From Catajapyx aquilonaris (lineage: Eukaryota): a stretch of 34,852 nt of DNA. The DNA lies in contig JYFJ02004083.1 in NCBI GenBank assembly GCA_000934665.2, forward strand, positions 1 through 34,852. Direction: 5' to 3'. The notes below the pieces were generated by a model that did no database searches, was not told where the DNA came from, and saw only the letters and a list, made by a program, of their open reading frames with translations. Positions 21,227-31,551 of this stretch are shown one piece after another. Both the position numbers and the translations under genes were made by a program. The stretch's first letter is position 1. Every line of letters starts with the position of its first letter.

Positions 21227-22432
21227 TTACCAGACGGAGTCCTCGGAGTCACTTCCGCAATAAGACCAGATGTCATCATCTGATGAATCCAAGTAATAAA
21301 TGGGGATCTCGTGAAACGCTACCAGGACACCTTCCTTGATGCATGAGGCAATGAAATCCTGCGTCAGTTGTCCACGTGAGTACCAGACTACCAGTTTTCG
21401 GAGTGCGGCAGGTGCACGGGTTGTTATGAAATGACTCAGACAACTAGTGCTCACGGTAAAATCCATATAAGTGAATGTAAGGACCTGCAGAGCACTGCAG
21501 TTTTCTGATATGGCTTCCAGGCAGGGCTCTGTGATCCTCATTCCTCGCACATCCAGTTCTTCCAGCTGCCCAATAAAAGACTGCCTGGACAGCAAGGTTT
21601 GAAGAGCCTCAGTTAAAAAGAGCCAAGCTCCTGGAATGATGAGTTGACGCAGGTTGGTAAGTGTCCCAATGCTGCTCAGCAAACTTTCGGCAGTCAAACC
21701 ATAAGCTTCTTCAATTTTGATCACTTTCAGTTGATGACACGTGGCCAGCAGGAACCAAGCATCTCGGCATATTTGGTTCATCTCCAATCTCTCCAGTTGT
21801 GGTCCAATCCTGGTCAGCATCAACATCTGCCATTTGCTTGGTAGGCGGTCAACAATCAGCTCCTTCAGATTCTGGTAGTGCCAAACACGGTCAGTGGATG
21901 AGTGACGGTGACGACAATAGAGAATGTCGCTCATGACGAACTTCTGCAACTGAGAGCAGCGAGAGAAAATGGTGAGCAAGTGCTGGTTGCTTGGTCTGAG
22001 GTCCAGATCACGCAATTCGCATGACACGAGTTTGGTGCAGGACCTGGCCAGTGCTTTCATCGGGTCTCTTGTGGCGGAGCAATCAATCAGAACCAACTCT
22101 TCCAGTTCCGGGCAGTGTCTGGCCACGGCTGTCAAAATGTCATCGCAATGATCATTGCTGTGCTTCCATTCCGTCACCTTCAGCTTCTTCAGCAACGGAG
22201 ACTTCTCCAGTTGGTCCAGCAGCACTTGGACGGGGATCTCTCCAGTCACCTCCATGGTCTTCCATAGCCTTGTGTCGTTCTGGATGACCTCTGCCCAGCT
22301 CTTGCAGACCAGCGATGCGGTCATCAGCTTCTCCTCTGTCGTCAGGTAGGCGAAAATCTTGACCTTGAAGTCGCAATGCGCAAGCTTGGTGTTGAACATA
22401 TCCTCCGATGGTTCTGGTGAGGCTGCCATCAT
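21227..22432 (-). CDS. F-box/LRR-repeat protein, paralog 3, 401 aa, single coding exon; tandem duplicate of FBXL2
   Basis: F-box (DFKVKIFAYLTTEEKLMTASLVCKSWAEVIQNDTRLW) plus LRRs, colinear with FBXL2. The first ATG is at 22432. Confidence 0.9.
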   Translation of the reverse strand: MMAASPEPSEDMFNTKLAHCDFKVKIFAYLTTEEKLMTASLVCKSWAEVIQNDTRLWKTMEVTGEIPVQVLLDQLEKSPLLKKLKVTEWKHSNDHCDDILTAVARHCPELEELVLIDCSATRDPMKALARSCTKLVSCELRDLDLRPSNQHLLTIFSRCSQLQKFVMSDILYCRHRHSSTDRVWHYQNLKELIVDRLPSKWQMLMLTRIGPQLERLEMNQICRDAWFLLATCHQLKVIKIEEAYGLTAESLLSSIGTLTNLRQLIIPGAWLFLTEALQTLLSRQSFIGQLEELDVRGMRITEPCLEAISENCSALQVLTFTYMDFTVSTSCLSHFITTRAPAALRKLVVWYSRGQLTQDFIASCIKEGVLVAFHEIPIYYLDSSDDDIWSYCGSDSEDSVW

Positions 22433-22866
22433 GGATTTTGAAAGGTTCAATGTGCTGGATGTTCAGCCTGAAACAACACATTTAATGACAATTTATTGAA
22501 AAATTTGTATTTCGTCCGTTAATACATACTCCCGATTATTCGGGTGGAGATTATCCATGCATTAGCAAAAAATAAAAGTTATAAGTAAATGCCCGAAAGA
22601 GTGTCAATATGTTTCGCAAAGAAATATTGTATATTATATATCCATTTACATACCGACCTTGACCTTGAAATAATACGTTCAATATTGTTAAACTCTTAGC
22701 CTGCTCTAGGCTAAGGAATTCCTGCAATTCCAACATTGTGACATATCCAGTGATATCTGGTATAAACTCACAGTGCAAAATAACTGCAAAGGTACTAGCA
22801 AATATACGACATTATCATGCTTCAACCAGACTTCATTTTTTAATGTTGCCATGACGTTTGACGCCT

Positions 22867-22880
22867 TGACCTAATGACCT
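22867..22880 (-). promoter_or_regulatory. Nuclear-receptor DR2-type motif (AGGTCAttAGGTCA) upstream of FBXL3
   Basis: TGACCTAATGACCT on the + strand, within a block (~22850-22955) homologous to ~17878-17978. Confidence 0.4.
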
Positions 22881-23044
22881 TGTGAAGCAAGATGCTACCG
22901 ATGCACTGTTATTATTTTTTTGGTATAATCAGGCATGCCAATATTCTGCGACAGCTTCTTAAAAAATTCCGGGTAACCTTCTCATTCCGCTCGAACAGCT
23001 CAAGCTCGAACCATCTGACCTGTGTCTATGTTCTGTACTGTAAT

Positions 23045-23352
23045 ACCTCCTTCCACCCTGTTGTTTACTCCAGCAAGTGATGCAATGGGCAGTATCGTCC
23101 CGGGCTGCCCGTCCACGTTCCTGTGTCTTACAATCAGACCAGACACAGTCCCCAACTACTGTCCTCCAGTCACCTCTAATCGCAAATGACAAAGGAAATC
23201 GCAAGCATCTTTGGTTGCAAGTCGGGAAGAGGATTGTCCTTGGCTTTGACAACGTTGCCTTATTCACTTCAGGAGCCTTATCTTTCTGCGCCAGGCTCAA
23301 CTGGCGAGGAGATACCCCAGGCTTGTGTTATGTGTTTGTCTCATAAAAGAAA
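23045..23352 (+). mobile_element. Non-LTR retroposon 3' end, family copy B
   Basis: GGATTGTCC...CGTTGCCTTATTCACTTCAGGAGCCTTATCTTT...GCCAGGCTCAACTGGCG, with an A-rich end. It is a reverse-complement match to copies C and D. Confidence 0.65.
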
Positions 23353-23449
23353 CTATGGTTGAGTCATGCTGCGTATCTCTCAACAAAAAATGCAAGATAT
23401 CAACAAAAAAAAATGCAAGAATTTACATCAACATTGATTTGATAGTGGG

Positions 23450-23910
23450 CAGGCCTGGAACGTCTGAACTTCTTCGTACACAAGATGCCACACACGTCAC
23501 AGAGTGGTACATCTGCACAAGTGGTGCACTTCCCAATGCCCCTAGTTCTCACCTCGGGAGAACAATATTGAGCAACATTGCTTCCAGGGGCCCTGACCTC
23601 TGATCCAAAGAGGCGCCAAAGCTCTTGGCCTGACCCTGAATCATCAACACCTGGACCACATGGCCACCACCTGCGGTTACTCGAAGGTGTCGCTCTTGGC
23701 AGGCCACGTCATGAAAATAGTGTGGGAAAGAAAGAGAAGGGCTGGAGGACACGTCACTGCCTCGTGGTTTGCTGGATTAAGATTTAAGATTCCAAACCGG
23801 ATTGTTGTTGAGTGTCTCAGCAGGCGGCCGACCAGTGACACTCGGAGGGGGTTCTGTCATCAGGCATTGTTGTGGAAGAAAAGGAGGGTCCGCTTAGGAA
23901 GTTTTTTTTT
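23450..23910 (+). mobile_element. Possible degenerate LINE ORF2 C-terminus (zf-RVT-like)
   Basis: The frameshifted translation FFVHKMP/TRHRVVHLHKWCTSQCP*..RENNIEQHCFQGP...MKIVWERKR resembles the L1/Tx1 zinc-knuckle region. This rests on motif recall only. Confidence 0.35.
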
Positions 23911-24056
23911 GTTGCAATTATCGCTTAATTATCATAGGCATATAAAAATTCCTGTCGATTTGTAGGCCAACTCAGGGCTTATGGAAAATGCTAGCAACTT
24001 TAATTATTGTTGAATGAGTGCATGGTCCGACCGTTTTAATTAGCAACACTGACTGT

Positions 24057-24193
24057 CTCACAGACGAAGGTTTACTCAAAGGAGTTGGAGCGTTGACAAA
24101 CCTGCGTCACCTTAGCATCACAGGAGATTGTTGATTAACATACTGTAGAAAATTATTTAACGCTTTTCTGTCCAGAGAGGCCATAGTTGGAAA
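24057..24193 (+). pseudogene. F-box/LRR paralog fragment (fifth copy), absent from the ORF track
   Basis: It translates as LTDEGLLKGVGALTNLRHLSITGDC*LT...AFLSREAIVGK, matching LLGAVGMLTNLRDLKLQGCYRLTHEGLRHFLARKEVVGR of FBXL4. Confidence 0.75.
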
Positions 24194-24445
24194 ACAGTTT
24201 TCATGTAATAGTAAGCACATAATATTCGCTTCTAAAAATGCAGTGTGGATCCTGTAACATGGGAAAATCAGGCAATGGCATCGTATAAGACTACTCACAT
24301 GTTAGATATAAAATTTTGAAGTGTATTGAAATGTATTCGTGAATGTGGCATCCCATTAAATATCAAAATTTCTGAGATAACAACCACTTGTTTTTTGTGC
24401 TTTTGGGGGGATTTCGTCCTGCCGTGACCCATGACCTCGAATAAT

Positions 24446-24760
24446 ATTGCGTCTTTATAACACTTGGACATGGTCATTTCATTTTTGAGAAGTTCTGTCA
24501 ATGTCTTTCATTATGCTTATGACGAAGTCTGTCAAACGTACGTGACAGTAACTTTCACACTACAACGTTTCCTTATACGTGTGTATTCCGCGTGAAATTA
24601 GACGCAATGTTATAGAAAAATCGAAATCCCTTCTACGAAATGCGATAATGCCCTTGAGGTAATTGAGGGTCATTCGTAATGCATGCCAATTTTGTAACAA
24701 TGTTCCATGTGTCCGTGTTGGTACCCGTGAAATTACTGGCAATTTCTAGAAATTTCCACG
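24446..24760 (+). repeat. Diverged direct repeat upstream of IR3 (partner 27245-27600)
   Basis: Shared blocks include TCTTTATAACACTTG, TGACGAAGTCTGTCAAACGTA, TTTCACACTACAACGTT, GCGTGAAATTAGACGCAAT and TGAGGGTCATTCGTAATGCATGCC. Confidence 0.85.
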
Positions 24761-25060
24761 TGGAATGTGGGGGAAGAACCAATTTTGTTATTAATTATTT
24801 GCGTAAGGTACACTGGCTCTCTGGCATCTTAAATGATCATAATGAGTTTCATGCATTATGAAGATAGGCCTTGACATTAAGGCAGATGTGTGTACAGTCT
24901 GCGTGTCATTATTATTATTCATGGTAGCACAATCGAAGTAACATTAACGATGCGTAGAAATGTTGCAGTGAATTTCGCTAGTACGCTCGAAACATTTGGA
25001 GATAAAGCATGCATCTGACCAATCTTGCTTAGTGAGAGACACACTCCTAGTCACACCAAA

Positions 25061-27031
25061 ATGATCCTCATTTACACTGTCCTGCTGGCGTGTACTCCTT
25101 CCTTTCCTTTCACTCACTGCTACGTCCCAGTGACCCGAAATTACACTGTGGACATATCGTATGTGTCTACTTTAGTGTGGAGCACGCTCAGTCACGGTGA
25201 CCCAGTGAATCTGGATTGTCCCCTGGCCGTGACCCATGACCTCGGATGGGATTGGCCCAGACATTTGGAGCTTCTCCTGTCCAACATGTCCCTGGCAGGA
25301 AGACCACTCTTATTGGCCAAATCGACTGGTACTCATCTGGAGAGGTGGGACTGCTCCTCGAAGGGATCCAGTGATCCGGAGAGTGATGCAGTCTCATTCC
25401 AAGCTACTCGAGACTACAAGTGCTTGGTCAACCTGGTGACCACTTGCAGCCAGAACTACGAGGAGGCCATGGAGGAGCTGCTGGATCCGGAGGAAGGAGT
25501 GGTCCGGGTGAAGAGGAACAGGGACAGCTTCCTTCTCTGGATCAGGGACCAGCCAGATGAAGGATTCCTGCTGCAGGAACCGGCTTCAAAACTCAAGTTC
25601 AAGGTTGGCATCACCCTTCGAGGGAATGGTGCATCGGAATTGTTCACAGTTTGCTTTCACTGCGACGGAGGTGAACCCACAGTCGATTCAGTGGAGGTGA
25701 CACTATTTGATTCGTTTGAAGACTCTTTTTCATCAATTATATTCAAAGACACGGCCAACGATTTCTATGGAAGGCACTTACGCACCCTTTCTTACCTCAA
25801 CTTCAATTCTGAACAGTGCCATCTTCATACAGACCCATTTTTTCATTACACCTGCTTCATGGGACAGGCTCTCAATTTCAAGTGGCATTCAGAGTACGTG
25901 GACTTTGAAGACATGGCCAGAAATGTGAGCATAGTAATACAACTCCTAGAGGATCTAAACAAAGGCAGTCTATCTTTCGTACAGGTTCTTCCCCTTTTAG
26001 AAATAACAAACTCGCTGTTGGCTGTGATTTCGCCTCATATTGGAGACAGGATCACTTTCATGGCCAGAAAACCGAAGGTGATCAATACTCCGCTAATAGT
26101 AGTTTATCCTTACGAAACTCTTCCTTGGTGTTGTTTCCTCGCTTCCTTTCTCGTCTATGGATTGTTCCTGGTTTGCCTCTCCAAAAGACAAGTCCTGCCT
26201 AAAAGTGTCCCCTCCACCTTTCTCACTATCCTAGGAAGTGTCAAGTATTTGGCTCGAGTGACACTCTCCCAACATTCACACTACTTCTTGAAACATGGAA
26301 TGTTGTCATCTATCTTGATTGCCATTCTCTTTTGGGAATACTTCATCATCATCATCGACACAGGATACGAAGCAAAACTGTTTTACCTACTGACTTATCC
26401 TCCCAGGGAGAAAGTCCCTCGCACATTCCCTGAACTTGTAAAATCAGATTTTTTGATTAATATGCAGGAACGTGTGCACGCGTTTATCACATCCGAAGAC
26501 TTCGATTCAAACGAAGAGCAATTCATTTCGGCGGTTTTGAAGAAGGTACAAGTGGTGAAAGTAGAGGAATGTTACATGACATTGATGACAGAAAACGTGG
26601 TGTGCGTCTCAAATGAAATCTGGCTGAGACACAAGATGATGAGAGATTTGCCTTCAAGTGAGGGGACTGTCACCGCCTTTGTGTCAGACGATTTCTTAGT
26701 CGTCTTTTACCATTCAATGGCCTTGGCCAAAGGGAGCATTTACTCTCCAAATTTTGATTATTATTCACACGTGTACAACAGCCTTGGTCTCGCGGTGAAG
26801 TTTGATCGGTTAGAGACATTCCAGAGGTTATGGCGACTTGCCAGGATCGCTGATGGTAACATGGAGGAAGACAATGGCGAAAGAGTAGTGTTTTCGATGC
26901 AGAAGCTGCAGGGTGCCTTTTACCTATTTTTTGGAGGGAATGCATTGGCACTTGTCATAGTCATGATAGAAAATATGATGCAGAATATTTTCAAATGTAT
27001 TATGTACCGTATACTAACATTTGCATTTTGA
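25061..27031 (+). CDS. Divergent ionotropic receptor IR3, 656 aa, intronless
   Basis: It is a colinear paralog of IR1/IR2 (signal peptide MILIYTVLLAC, VYPYETLPW, LFYLLTYPP, LQGAFYLFFGG). The first ATG is at 25061. Confidence 0.88.
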   Translation: MILIYTVLLACTPSFPFTHCYVPVTRNYTVDISYVSTLVWSTLSHGDPVNLDCPLAVTHDLGWDWPRHLELLLSNMSLAGRPLLLAKSTGTHLERWDCSSKGSSDPESDAVSFQATRDYKCLVNLVTTCSQNYEEAMEELLDPEEGVVRVKRNRDSFLLWIRDQPDEGFLLQEPASKLKFKVGITLRGNGASELFTVCFHCDGGEPTVDSVEVTLFDSFEDSFSSIIFKDTANDFYGRHLRTLSYLNFNSEQCHLHTDPFFHYTCFMGQALNFKWHSEYVDFEDMARNVSIVIQLLEDLNKGSLSFVQVLPLLEITNSLLAVISPHIGDRITFMARKPKVINTPLIVVYPYETLPWCCFLASFLVYGLFLVCLSKRQVLPKSVPSTFLTILGSVKYLARVTLSQHSHYFLKHGMLSSILIAILFWEYFIIIIDTGYEAKLFYLLTYPPREKVPRTFPELVKSDFLINMQERVHAFITSEDFDSNEEQFISAVLKKVQVVKVEECYMTLMTENVVCVSNEIWLRHKMMRDLPSSEGTVTAFVSDDFLVVFYHSMALAKGSIYSPNFDYYSHVYNSLGLAVKFDRLETFQRLWRLARIADGNMEEDNGERVVFSMQKLQGAFYLFFGGNALALVIVMIENMMQNIFKCIMYRILTFAF

Positions 27032-27244
27032 AGTTGAACAAAAAGGCTCAGGTTCTCTCAATATGAAGATTGAAATATTACAGGAAACTTTGACAGTGAT
27101 TTAAAATGCTCATTAATTCCGTCATGTCAAAGTTGCTCTCTAATCAGACAGAAAAGTGTTAGTACTAATAATTTTGGTATATTATGCTAAGAATGTCTTT
27201 AAATCCATTCAAGCACGTATTGGTATGGAATGCCATATCGTACA

Positions 27245-27600
27245 ATTGCTTCTTTATAACACTTGCACATGTAGCAGTCATTTCCTTGATAGTATAATTT
27301 TTGAGAACTGTCGACTGTGTTTCATTATAAATACTTGTGACGAAGTCTGTCAAACGTAATTGGCATTGATTTTCACACTACAACGTTCCCTTACGTGTGT
27401 ATACTGCGTGAAATTAGACGCAATTTATATAAAAATCGATATCCCCTGCACGGAAGGCTCAAATGCCCAATTGCTTCAGGTAATACAATGTCATTATGTG
27501 AGGGTCATTCGTAATGCATGCCCATTTCACCATTTGTAACAACTTTTAATGTGTCCATGTGTGTGTTGCTGGCAATTGCTAAAAATTTCTAGAAACACTC
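27245..27600 (+). repeat. Diverged direct repeat downstream of IR3
   Basis: Matches 24446-24760. Confidence 0.85.
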
Positions 27601-28401
27601 GTGCAGAGGTTTCCGCAAAAAAGTTGTGTAGGAGGTTCAAAAGTGGTATAATATTGAAGCACCTGTAACAATATAATGGGTTTGCTAAATTTTATGAACT
27701 TTCATGACCTGTGACTCATGCTATAGTGCATTTAGGTCTGCAAATTGTATTTGTATATAATTATAGTAATGCCATAAATTTGTTGCACCAATGCGTGTTG
27801 TTTTAAGTGTCATACTATTATTTTAATAAAAGAAACAAATGTGAGAATGGTTCTGCGTAATAATAAATTGTGTGAAGACTGGAATATTTGACACCGCCTG
27901 AATATTATAAGTCCTCTGTGACCTTTCTGTCCCCCTTGTGAATGGTGTTTTGTGTTTGTGTAGCCATGGCTATATTGGAAAAAGTTTATTCAGCGATTGA
28001 CCTTGAGCTACAGGTGTATGCACTGGACTTCCTTATACGACCTTTGCTAGGTCACACCCTTGTATTAATATTATTGACCTGCACCACTTATTGCAAGCGG
28101 GGCAATATCCTCCAGATTACTCAATATATTGAACATTCCACCAATTAATCAGTCCATAGAATATGTTCAACATAATTTTGCCATCCATTGTAACGTGAGT
28201 GGACCACATACAATTCCAAATATTTTAAATCTCTAACCGGCCACGTCACTGGTGTAAGTCTATAGATACTGTGCCTTAAGTTGAGGCAGAAGTGGTATAC
28301 CAGGGAGACAATCTATAAAATCAATAGTACATACTTTATGTGAACATTATTTAATAGTAAGCGTGACAACAGAAGTTTGCACTACAATAATGAATATCAC
28401 C

Positions 28402-29312
28402 TCAGGAATGGGTATGATGCATGTAATTTTTTCCTCGTTCGTTGCCTTCTACTGCACTTGACACATTCATACGTGAGAACTGAACATAAACGAATCCGAG
28501 GATCAGCAGGTAGAACACGGAGCAGACACGCTCCGGAGACTGATTCTAATTGGTCCAGACTTGTCCTTCAAAACTCAGTTCTTGTACTGGACATACTTCA
28601 TGTGATATCTAACTGTAAGCATGAGTTGTTGCCGGTTAAATGTGGTCGTGGAATCCGGCAGACCAAATCGCAAGGATGGCTCCGTTCACATCGTCTTCCA
28701 GAGGATATAGTTTGTGTACTTGAAAATAACCGTAGAAAGTTTGCAAATGGGCGGACACGTACTTCATCTCGTTTTCTCTGTACATGTTGAGCGTGTCAAG
28801 TGAGAGCAGGAACTTCAACACATTGTCGATTAAGAAGCAAGCGAAGTTTCCTTTTCGTGTCACCCGAAGCATGCAGTCAGCAAGTGTCATTCCTGTTTCC
28901 ATCCCTGAAGTGACTGACCTTGTTGGTTCCTTTTCAAGGTCAAAGTTCTCATCAACCCGCTCCTTCGAAGGACACCCCCACTTGTGTCCCATGTCGAACC
29001 ATCATATCCATACGAGAATAGTAAAACACTAACCGGCAATGTCCGAATCTCTGAATGACCACATCTTGATGAAAGACATTTTGTACGTCCAAGTTAGTAC
29101 TGACCAAAATTGGAATGTCTGCTGTCACTTTCCAGCTCGATTTGGCCAGCGTTTCGTTGTCGAGTGTGAGGTGAAGGGGTGCAGTTGGACAGTCGGGGAT
29201 GGCGCGCCAGGTCTGTCAAAAAGTCACTCAGCAAGTCACCATCACTGAATCGGGGGTCCAACCTGGCGAAGGTTATCACTGCCCATGATAATACAAGTAA
29301 CTGCGTGAGCAT
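28402..29312 (-). pseudogene. Internally deleted ionotropic receptor pseudogene from a different IR lineage
   Basis: A signal peptide (MLTQLLVLSWAVITFA) is followed, across frameshifts and stops, by an S2-like segment (CMLRVTRKGNFACFL..YVS..TFYGYFQVHKLYPLEDDVNGAILAIWSAGFHDH) and a last-TM-like segment (ERVCSVFYLLILGF). It is only about 0.9 kb, and the M1/M2 region is missing. Confidence 0.6.
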
Positions 29313-29857
29313 TTCGTGACTTGTCTACTTACTGAGGCGCGTGTCTGTTAACAGGCCGAACCCGTGGGCCAAACAGTCACAAAATGGATCGAGGTGTGTC
29401 CGTTTTGCAGCCCAGGTCAGCAGAAGGAAACTGAACTGTCCATCGACACTCACCACGACATACACCCTAACTCGCCAATTAACCTACATGGCAAAATCAT
29501 GCTAGTGTTATATTCCCAAAGAGACACTGCAATGGAAATGGCTTATCAAGAAGTGTTGGCCTGCGTGCTTCGACATTCCTCCATGTCCGTAAGCGATGTA
29601 CGCGGAGGTCTTTTTTTTGGGACCAAAGTGGAGAAAGAGTCGCCAGTGGAATATACTCTTACCTAACAGAAATGCAACCCTGCGTTTTTGATGAGAATGT
29701 TTCCCTGGTGGCCATCAAACACCCGGTGGTGTCATGACCTTCTGCGTTGAGAGCACAACAGACGTGACGATCCCGTGACGTCACACAGGCTCGTGACAAC
29801 AACACTTCTTTCCCGCGCATCGAGGTTTGCGCTCTTCCTTGTTCCTTGACTCCACCG

Positions 29858-30180
29858 TTTTTTTTTTAAATTATAGAAGTTTCACAAACATGTGGGGGGT
29901 TTCCCCGCCCGTTGAGCCTGGCCAATTGCGGCATAAAGATAAGGCTCCTCGGTGAATAAGGCAACGCTGGAGCAGATGTGGACAATCCCTCCGGACTTCC
30001 TGTCTCCTGTGCCACTTGTGACCAGAGGTGTCTGAAGGACGGTTGGGGAGCGTCTGTGGTCAGATTGTTGGACTTAGGAGAGTGGACGGAGGGTCATTGC
30101 GTCACTTGTTACAGTAAACGGCAAGGTAGAACAGGACGCAGCATTAGAAACAGGTTAGTCAGGGATTAGGGCCAAAAAGA
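29858..30180 (-). mobile_element. Non-LTR retroposon 3' end, family copy C, with poly(A) tail
   Basis: A T-run at 29858-29867 is followed by about 140 bp highly similar to 34263-34402. The sequence further in matches copy B (GTTTACT..CAAGTGA.GCAATG). Confidence 0.7.
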
Positions 30181-30194
30181 ACAATGTGACAAGT

Positions 30195-30890
30195 AAGAGA
30201 GACCGGGGGTCGGTTATTGTAACAGGCGGGTACGGTTGTAACATTATAGATATAAATAAATGCGTGTTTGAAGGGTACCTGAAGCCGAAACTCACATAGC
30301 ACGTGCGTGTGTCACTATGATCTCTAAGCCAGACAACTTTGGATAATTACTGCATTTATTTTGTTTTTTGTTTTTCTATATGAAGGACATCAAGATATAT
30401 GTTCCCAACCTTTTTGAGTGGCAGTAATTACGTGATTATGCGGACCGGGTACAAGTGTTATTATTATAACCGTTTTGTCCAAAATTTATATGAATAAAAA
30501 GTCAATTTTCTTGTAACACTTATATGGTGAGTAAATTCCAGTGTATTGAGAGATAAATAGTAATGTAGGTGGATCAAGAGTAGGCTGGAAAAAACAATTG
30601 TGGAGAGGATGAGTGGGTGTAACTTTGTCCTTCCATATTACACATTTCCCTCCCATAAGTGTTACAATCAACCCTGCCCTCTGTTACGACCACCCTTATG
30701 ATGGGTTCGCTTGTAACATACATTCTGCCTTGCCTTGGAAAAATATTTATAAATCAATAATTTTTTAATCTTAGAATATATACAGTATAATTATGATAAT
30801 CTTACAAAGAGGAATGTTGCCTTATTTCCACCACCATGTCAAAAACCTTTACCTAAATGCACATGTAACTGAATTAAAAAATCCAGGCTA
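30195..30890. mobile_element. Possible pogo/Tc1-like DNA transposon remnant
   Basis: It starts GAGACCGGGG...TTGTAACA and has repeated TGTAACA/TGTTAC motifs (30218-30243, 30660-30718). The boundaries are uncertain. Confidence 0.3.
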
Positions 30891-31551
30891 AAAAGTGTTA
30901 CAGCCGACGCTCTCTCCCATACTAATTAAAATAATAATTAAGTGCGGAAGACCCGGCCAATATGACCTTGCGCCCCTCCCTCTCCCAGACTGCCGAATCC
31001 AATTTAGTGTCCTGGATCGCAATGTTGAGGCTGTAATGCAAGATTGTGCATTTACAGTGTCCATGGAGGATGGGAGGGAAAGGAGTTTCAGCTTTGTTTT
31101 CACGAGAAACAAGGTTGAATTGATGCAGTTTTCTTTTGCATCACTCTGTTATAATTTTCTGAAGCTTATTATTGCTGGAATACACAATGCATAACAGTCA
31201 TGTAGGCTTACCTCATTGGGGCAAAAGGACTATATATTGAGTTACCTGCATAAATTCGGAAGGACAGTGTCATTAGTGTACTGTACACTATGCACAACCT
31301 TTGCAGTATACATGTACTGTAAGTTGACAATATTATTATTCATGATTTCTGGTACGGGTAGACGTAGTTTGCGTGTATGTGCTCTGGAGTAGACTGTCAA
31401 TAAATTAGTCCTCATGTTCACATCTTGGACAATTGCACTACCCTATATATGATGGTCGCACACTCAATAATTAGACTACTGTACATTTACATGATTAAAA
31501 TGCTTCGTTTCAGACTGTGCCTCTCGCCGCATTGAGACACATGCGAGGAAA

